A stretch of 40,556 nt of DNA, taken from the sequence record SRR22947727_2715. One strand, 5' to 3'. Of the stretch, positions 35,958-40,556 are shown in pieces (position 1 is the first letter of the stretch; the number at the start of each line of letters is the position of its first letter). The position numbers and the translations under genes are program-made. A model generated the notes under the pieces. The model was not told where the DNA came from. It did not search any database and saw only the letters and a list, made by a program, of their open reading frames with translations.

Positions 35958-36806
35958 ATGAATATTGGAGGTCATATCCGTCGTTTTACGATTGCAGTCG
36001 CTTCGATCGCGATGCTCAGCTCGTCGATTGGGAGAGGTCAGGAAATTCCTGATGACCTGCTTGAAGATGAGCATGTCCGCGAGGAATTTGGAGTGAATCA
36101 ATTCACGGCACCTTCGATTCGAAAAATCTTCGAAGACCTCAATTCGCTTCGCCCTCTGCCATATGATGCTCTAAAGCGTGAAGTGCCCGAGAAAATGCCG
36201 AAGGATCGGTCGAAATTGGCCCTCAGTCTTGGTGGTTTATTAGCTGACGGTTTTCTTGCAGTCGAGGCAGAAAAGCTCCTCGATCTCGAGCCCGTTGGTC
36301 GCTCGCTTTTAAAACACGCAAAAATTCTAGGAGCCGGAACTCGCCTTTCTGAGCATACCAATTCGATCCTCGAACACGGCGCACTGGGTGATTGGGGCGG
36401 TTTGAAGTTGGAGTTGGCGAAGACGCAAAAAGACGTCGAAAAAGAAATGGTGATGATTCGCGATGTGGATGCCGCCCATCTCATCAGTCTTGGCGGTTGG
36501 CTTCGTGCGCTTGAAATTGGATGCGCCGCGTCGCTGGAACCATTTGATGCGAAAAAAGCAGCGGTATTAGCCCGAGCCGATTTGGCTGAGTATTTTGTCG
36601 AATCCGTCCAGATGCTTGAAGACCGAGTGAAGGATCAGGATCACATGAAGGAAATGCTGGCTGGCCTGCGCATTATCCATGACATGCTGGACGTTCCTGA
36701 ATCTAAGTCTTTTACCGCAGAGGAAATTACGGCGCTTCAAGAGAAGGTTCAGTCGATGAACAAACTCGCTCTGGCGCCTCAAAAAGCGGTGGCAAAAGCC
36801 GATTGA
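35958..36806 (+). CDS. Secreted hypothetical protein (mostly alpha-helical)
   Basis: 282-codon ORF with signal peptide; no function recognised. Confidence 0.7.
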   Translation: MNIGGHIRRFTIAVASIAMLSSSIGRGQEIPDDLLEDEHVREEFGVNQFTAPSIRKIFEDLNSLRPLPYDALKREVPEKMPKDRSKLALSLGGLLADGFLAVEAEKLLDLEPVGRSLLKHAKILGAGTRLSEHTNSILEHGALGDWGGLKLELAKTQKDVEKEMVMIRDVDAAHLISLGGWLRALEIGCAASLEPFDAKKAAVLARADLAEYFVESVQMLEDRVKDQDHMKEMLAGLRIIHDMLDVPESKSFTAEEITALQEKVQSMNKLALAPQKAVAKAD

Positions 36807-36816
36807 GATTGTTTCC

Positions 36817-37875
36817 GTGAAAGTTGATTATCTCATCGTAGGTCAGGGCCTTGCTGGCTCGCTGCTTGCCTGGCAACTTCTCGAACGCGGCCAGCGAGTG
36901 CTCGTGATTGATCGTGACGAGCCTGATACATGCTCAAAAGTCGCGGCGGGAATTGTCAGCCCCATCACAGGTAGCCGAATTGCTCCGAGCTGGCGCATCA
37001 ATGAGTTTTTGCCTTTTGCGCATCAGTTTTATTGGAAAATTGAAGAACAACTCGGCGAGAAATTTTTTCATCACACGCGGATTGCCCGGCTTTTTCGCGA
37101 GGAAAAACAACAGGTTCGCTGGGAAAAACTGAAAGTGGAACAGGCGGAGAATATCACGCCGTATGTTTCAGATGATCCGTTCCAGGTCGATAACGCGGTG
37201 TTTCACAATGACCTTGGCGGATTTGAAATGAGCCAGGCCGGATGGCTCGATGTTCCGGCGTTTTTGCGCGCCACTCAGTTGCACCTATTGGAGCGTTTGG
37301 GATTCGCGATTGGTAAGCTCAATGCGGAAGATGTGAACGTGGATCACGAAGGCTTGAAATGGAAAAACATCGAAGCTAAATCGATTATCTTCGCACAAGG
37401 ATGGGAAGGAAATCGGAATCGGTTTTTTGATTTCATGCCGATGAACGGAACTAAGGGCGAAATTCTGGAAATCGAATGCAATGACGTGGCCGCCGCAGCT
37501 GAAACCAGAATTGTGAATCGCGAAGGCTGGGTTTTGCCGCTGGGGAATGGAAAGTTTCGTGTCGGATCCAATTACGATCGTGAATTCGAAAATGCGGGTC
37601 CAACCGAAGCTGGAAAACAAGCCGTTACAGAAAGGGTCAGCCAATTTTTCAAACCGGAATTTTCGGTAACCGATCATCGTGCTGCGATTCGCCCGGTCAT
37701 TCGCCAAAGTCGTGCCGTGATTGGTCGACACCCGGAATTTGTTCGTGTGGCGTTTTTCAACGGCCTCGGATCGAAGGGTGTGATGAACGGTCCATTCATC
37801 GCCAACCAACTCGCAGAGCATTTGGTTTATGGCGAGCCGATTGATGATGATTTGGATCTCCGTAAAAATTATTGA
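36817..37875 (+). CDS. FAD-dependent oxidoreductase (DAO/glycine-oxidase/MnmC-C family)
   Basis: IVGQGLAG, SKVAAG, KGEIL, AAIRP, NGLGSKG motifs. Confidence 0.88.
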   Translation: MKVDYLIVGQGLAGSLLAWQLLERGQRVLVIDRDEPDTCSKVAAGIVSPITGSRIAPSWRINEFLPFAHQFYWKIEEQLGEKFFHHTRIARLFREEKQQVRWEKLKVEQAENITPYVSDDPFQVDNAVFHNDLGGFEMSQAGWLDVPAFLRATQLHLLERLGFAIGKLNAEDVNVDHEGLKWKNIEAKSIIFAQGWEGNRNRFFDFMPMNGTKGEILEIECNDVAAAAETRIVNREGWVLPLGNGKFRVGSNYDREFENAGPTEAGKQAVTERVSQFFKPEFSVTDHRAAIRPVIRQSRAVIGRHPEFVRVAFFNGLGSKGVMNGPFIANQLAEHLVYGEPIDDDLDLRKNY

Positions 37876-37882
37876 ACGATTT

Positions 37883-37927
37883 TCGATCCAATAGGGTCTC
37901 TTCATCGAACGCACCCTGTTCGTTCGT
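37883..37927. repeat. 45-bp palindromic repeat, copy 8
   Basis: TCGATCCAATAGGGT-CTCTTCATCGAACGC-ACCCTGTTCGTTCGT. Confidence 0.88.
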
Positions 37928-37950
37928 AAATTCACAACCAGGAGGACGTT

Positions 37951-38013
37951 ATGAAAAATTACACTCCACAGATCCAGATCACACTTCTTGCACCCCGCGC
38001 GACGCGGTGGTGA
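37951..38013 (+). CDS. Putative leader peptide MKNYTPQIQITLLAPRATRW (20 aa)
   Basis: Perfect AGGAGG Shine-Dalgarno at 37940-37945, ATG 37951, TGA 38011-38013; below the ORF-track length cutoff. Confidence 0.7.
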   Translation: MKNYTPQIQITLLAPRATRW

Positions 38014-38069
38014 TCGGTGGGATTTGTTTTTTCACATCGGTAAAAATCGCCGCCCGTCGCGGCTGATTT
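37999..38069 (+). promoter_or_regulatory. Putative attenuator with mutually exclusive helices
   Basis: 37999-38014 pairs with 38046-38060 (15 bp, one bulge, two G-U); alternatively 38044-38053 pairs with 38059-38069. Confidence 0.6.
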
Positions 38070-38127
38070 CCAAAAACTTTTCGGGCAGAGCTCTGTCTGG
38101 ATTCTTGCAATTTTACCTTTATGAAAA

Positions 38128-38571
38128 ATGAAAACTTCACCCAACCACCCCAACGAAAACGAAATGCTGGAACACTGCGACGAATTGTTCGTGGATGACG
38201 GAATTTCTCCTCAGGAACTTGAAAAACGGAAGCAATCCGCTATCGGAAAACAGAGTCGCGGAAAGCCGAACCATCACTCGCGCCAGCTCTGCAATCAGAT
38301 TTACCATGCCATCGATGAAGCGATCACGTGCGATTGTGGCGATCCGGTTTTGGATGATCTCCGCGCCGTGTGGGTCCGCCCCGTTTGCAAAAGCTCAACG
38401 CTGGAAGTCATGCTCACGACGCCGGAAACGGATGTGAACCAGATTGATAAAATGCATGAAGCGCTGAAAAACGTGAGCGAAATTCTCCGTTCTACTGTGG
38501 CGGGTTCGATCACAAGAAAACGCGTTCCGCAGCTGACGTTCCGAATAGTGCCTGAAAAGCAGCGTGATTGA
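38128..38571 (+). CDS. RbfA-like (ribosome-binding factor A family) protein
   Basis: QLCNQI...DPVL...C-terminal ILRSTVAGSITRKRVPQLTF matches the RbfA 'LR..P.L.F' signature; not in an infB-rbfA-truB context. Confidence 0.75.
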   Translation: MKTSPNHPNENEMLEHCDELFVDDGISPQELEKRKQSAIGKQSRGKPNHHSRQLCNQIYHAIDEAITCDCGDPVLDDLRAVWVRPVCKSSTLEVMLTTPETDVNQIDKMHEALKNVSEILRSTVAGSITRKRVPQLTFRIVPEKQRD

Positions 38572-38955
38572 TCACCGAAATAAAAATTGAGGTAGCCATA
38601 AAAATTGAGGTAGCCGTCTTCTATTGTGAGGGCGGCTGCCGCTTCTCGCATTTTGATGCGCTCGACATTTCGTGTTCAATCGTCCAGGGCTGATCCCAAT
38701 GTCTTTCCGGTCAATTAATGCCCAGCCGTTTTTGAGCGTAAAAAGCCCGCAAATCGCAAAGCCAGTCCACAAACCCGCTGCTAGTTTGTAATAGCCACGA
38801 CCGGTGAATTCGACTCTTGGATTGTATTCAAAGTATGCCAGTAAGCCGCCGCAAACGAGGGTTCCAATCAATCCCGCAATGAATTTGATCAAACTTCGCT
38901 TCCGGATCATTGCCGCCCGTTCGTTGAAAGCCTGATCGATAAATTGATCAGCCAA
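38572..38955 (-). CDS. Hypothetical two-TM membrane protein, C-terminus possibly a run-on
   Basis: Two hydrophobic helices in the first 80 residues; atypical tail containing an exact 18-bp duplication. Confidence 0.5.
   Translation of the reverse strand: MADQFIDQAFNERAAMIRKRSLIKFIAGLIGTLVCGGLLAYFEYNPRVEFTGRGYYKLAAGLWTGFAICGLFTLKNGWALIDRKDIGISPGRLNTKCRAHQNARSGSRPHNRRRLPQFLWLPQFLFR
38580..38615. repeat. Exact 18-bp tandem duplication
   Basis: ATAAAAATTGAGGTAGCC x2. Confidence 0.9.
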
Positions 38956-38994
38956 CTCAGTGGCACTCCTTTTTTCTGACTCTTCTTTTTCTTC

Positions 38995-40443
38995 TTACCG
39001 CCCACCTTTGGTTTTTCCGATGGCGGCTTCAATGGCCTTTTTCTCTGCGTCGGCTTCGAACTGAGGATTTTTCTCGCTCGGAACGGGAGCATTTGTGCTC
39101 TCGCGCCATGATTTCATAATATCGAGAAGCTCCTTGGTTTTCTCAGGATTTTCAGCGGCGAGGTTGTTGGCTTCGCCGATGTCGACTTTCAAATTGTAGA
39201 GTTCAAGATCGCCGGATTCGAAAAATTCCAGCAACTTCCAATCGCCGTTTCGAACCGCTCCCACGGGACGTGAACGGAAAAGTGGATCGCGTTGCTCGAA
39301 GGGACCCGCGCCCCCGTAGCTCTGTAAATACGCGGGGAAATGCCAGAAAATGGAGCGTTCCGGCAACGCATCGCCTTTGAACGACGAAACCAAGCTGACT
39401 CCATCTTGTGGCTGATTTTCGTCCGCTGTGGCACCCGTCATTTCGAGAAAGGTGGGATACAAATCGACACCAATAATCGGCGTCTCGTTTTTCGTTCCCG
39501 CTTCGACTTTGCCCGGCCACTTCACAAAAAACGGCTCGCGAATGCCTCCTTCATAGTAGGTTCCTTTGTAGCCTTTCAGCGGATCCATGTCGGTTCCGGG
39601 GCCATAACCGCCGTTATCGGAAAAGAAAACGATCGCTGTTTTCTTGGTCAGTCCGAGCTCATCCAGCTTTGCCACGATCAGTCCAACGCCGTCGTCGACC
39701 GCTTGGATCATTGTCGCCATCTTCACATTGTCATGAAGCTCGCCCGGAGTTTTTGCTTCGTATTTCGCAACGAGATCTTTCTTCGCCTGAATCGGCGTGT
39801 GAACGGCGAACATCGTGAGATATAAAAACCAAGGATTCTCTTTGTTCTCGGTAATGAATGAAGCAGCTCGTTTTGAGAGCGTGGTTGTTACAAATTCATC
39901 TTTCGGCACATCTTGAAGATTCGGAGCTTTTCCATGAGGGGGATAATAGCCGTTCGGAGGTCCGCCGGAGTGAGTTCCGCCCACATTTACATCGAATCCA
40001 TAAGGCTTAGGATCATCTGAAAGGTGCCATTTACCCATCGTTGCGGTTTTGTAGCCCGCCTTTTGAATCCGGTGCGCCCACGTTTGAATATCCGGTCGAA
40101 GCGTATCCGTTCCGGGAATGTGATTCAGCCTGCGATGGGCCGCTTTGCCGCGTGGCCCCGTTCCCACATTATAAACCTCGTGACGCGGCGTGTATTGGCC
40201 GCTGAGTAAACTGGCGCGAGCCGGAGCACAGTTTGCCGACGCAGAATAAGCATCGGTGAAAATCATTCCTTCGCTGGCGAGCTTGTCGAGATTCGGCGTT
40301 TCGTAGAAATCCGAACCCATGTAACTCGTATCTTTCCAGCCAAAATCGTCGAGAAAGATAAAGAGAACGTTGGGGCGTTCCGCCGTTTGTGCATTCAGCA
40401 TGCAGGTCAGAAAAAGCAAAGTAATGGTGAGAAACGTGCGCAT
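38995..40443 (-). CDS. Formylglycine-dependent sulfatase
   Basis: PNVLFIFLDD, CAPAR (CxPxR) signature, GKWHL, SDNGG, YEGGIREP; signal peptide; start ATG 40443 or 40458. Confidence 0.93.
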   Translation of the reverse strand: MRTFLTITLLFLTCMLNAQTAERPNVLFIFLDDFGWKDTSYMGSDFYETPNLDKLASEGMIFTDAYSASANCAPARASLLSGQYTPRHEVYNVGTGPRGKAAHRRLNHIPGTDTLRPDIQTWAHRIQKAGYKTATMGKWHLSDDPKPYGFDVNVGGTHSGGPPNGYYPPHGKAPNLQDVPKDEFVTTTLSKRAASFITENKENPWFLYLTMFAVHTPIQAKKDLVAKYEAKTPGELHDNVKMATMIQAVDDGVGLIVAKLDELGLTKKTAIVFFSDNGGYGPGTDMDPLKGYKGTYYEGGIREPFFVKWPGKVEAGTKNETPIIGVDLYPTFLEMTGATADENQPQDGVSLVSSFKGDALPERSIFWHFPAYLQSYGGAGPFEQRDPLFRSRPVGAVRNGDWKLLEFFESGDLELYNLKVDIGEANNLAAENPEKTKELLDIMKSWRESTNAPVPSEKNPQFEADAEKKAIEAAIGKTKGGR

Positions 40444-40532
40444 TCGGGATGATTCCATTTCAGAAGAGCGATGGCAATGTCTCGTTTGTGTCAGCGGAAT
40501 CGTAGCTTACCTTTGTGACTCAATTGGTTTTC

Positions 40533-40556
40533 ACGAACCAACAGGGTTGGTTCATC
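40533..40556. repeat. Palindromic repeat, copy 9 (truncated by window edge)
   Basis: ACGAACCAACAGGGTTGGTTCATC is nearly the exact reverse complement of the right half of copy 5. Confidence 0.85.

Noticed and set aside
37872-38153. ORF-track entries 37872-38066 (+) and 37959-38153 (-)
   Set aside because: They run through the repeat and leader without an RBS; the 20-codon ORF with a perfect Shine-Dalgarno explains the region better

Overview
Bacterial chromosomal window of roughly 50% GC. The gene content (DUF1501 plus planctomycete-cytochrome/DUF1549/DUF1553 pair, sulfatase, PQQ-propeller, nuclease-ligase fusion) points to the PVC superphylum, probably Verrucomicrobia (inference). Most of it is ordinary housekeeping: grpE-dnaJ, kbl, trkAH, valS, lysC, trxB, maf, rpsT, an amidase, two YkuD-type L,D-transpeptidases and an RsbU/STAS pair. 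The unusual signal is non-coding. (1) At 383-701 the minus strand carries a cluster of structured RNAs: a 154-nt tRNA-like molecule with a UAU anticodon and four extra hairpins in its variable/T region, a second 74-nt non-canonical tRNA-like element, and a three-way-junction hairpin. (2) A 45-bp palindromic repeat occurs nine times; two inverted copies sit in frame inside the DNA-ligase gene and encode about 47 residues. (3) An unannotated 20-codon leader ORF with mutually exclusive hairpins (attenuator architecture) lies in front of a stand-alone RbfA-like gene. No CRISPR array, transposase, integrase or rRNA was seen. All product calls come from motif recognition by eye; no database searches were run.
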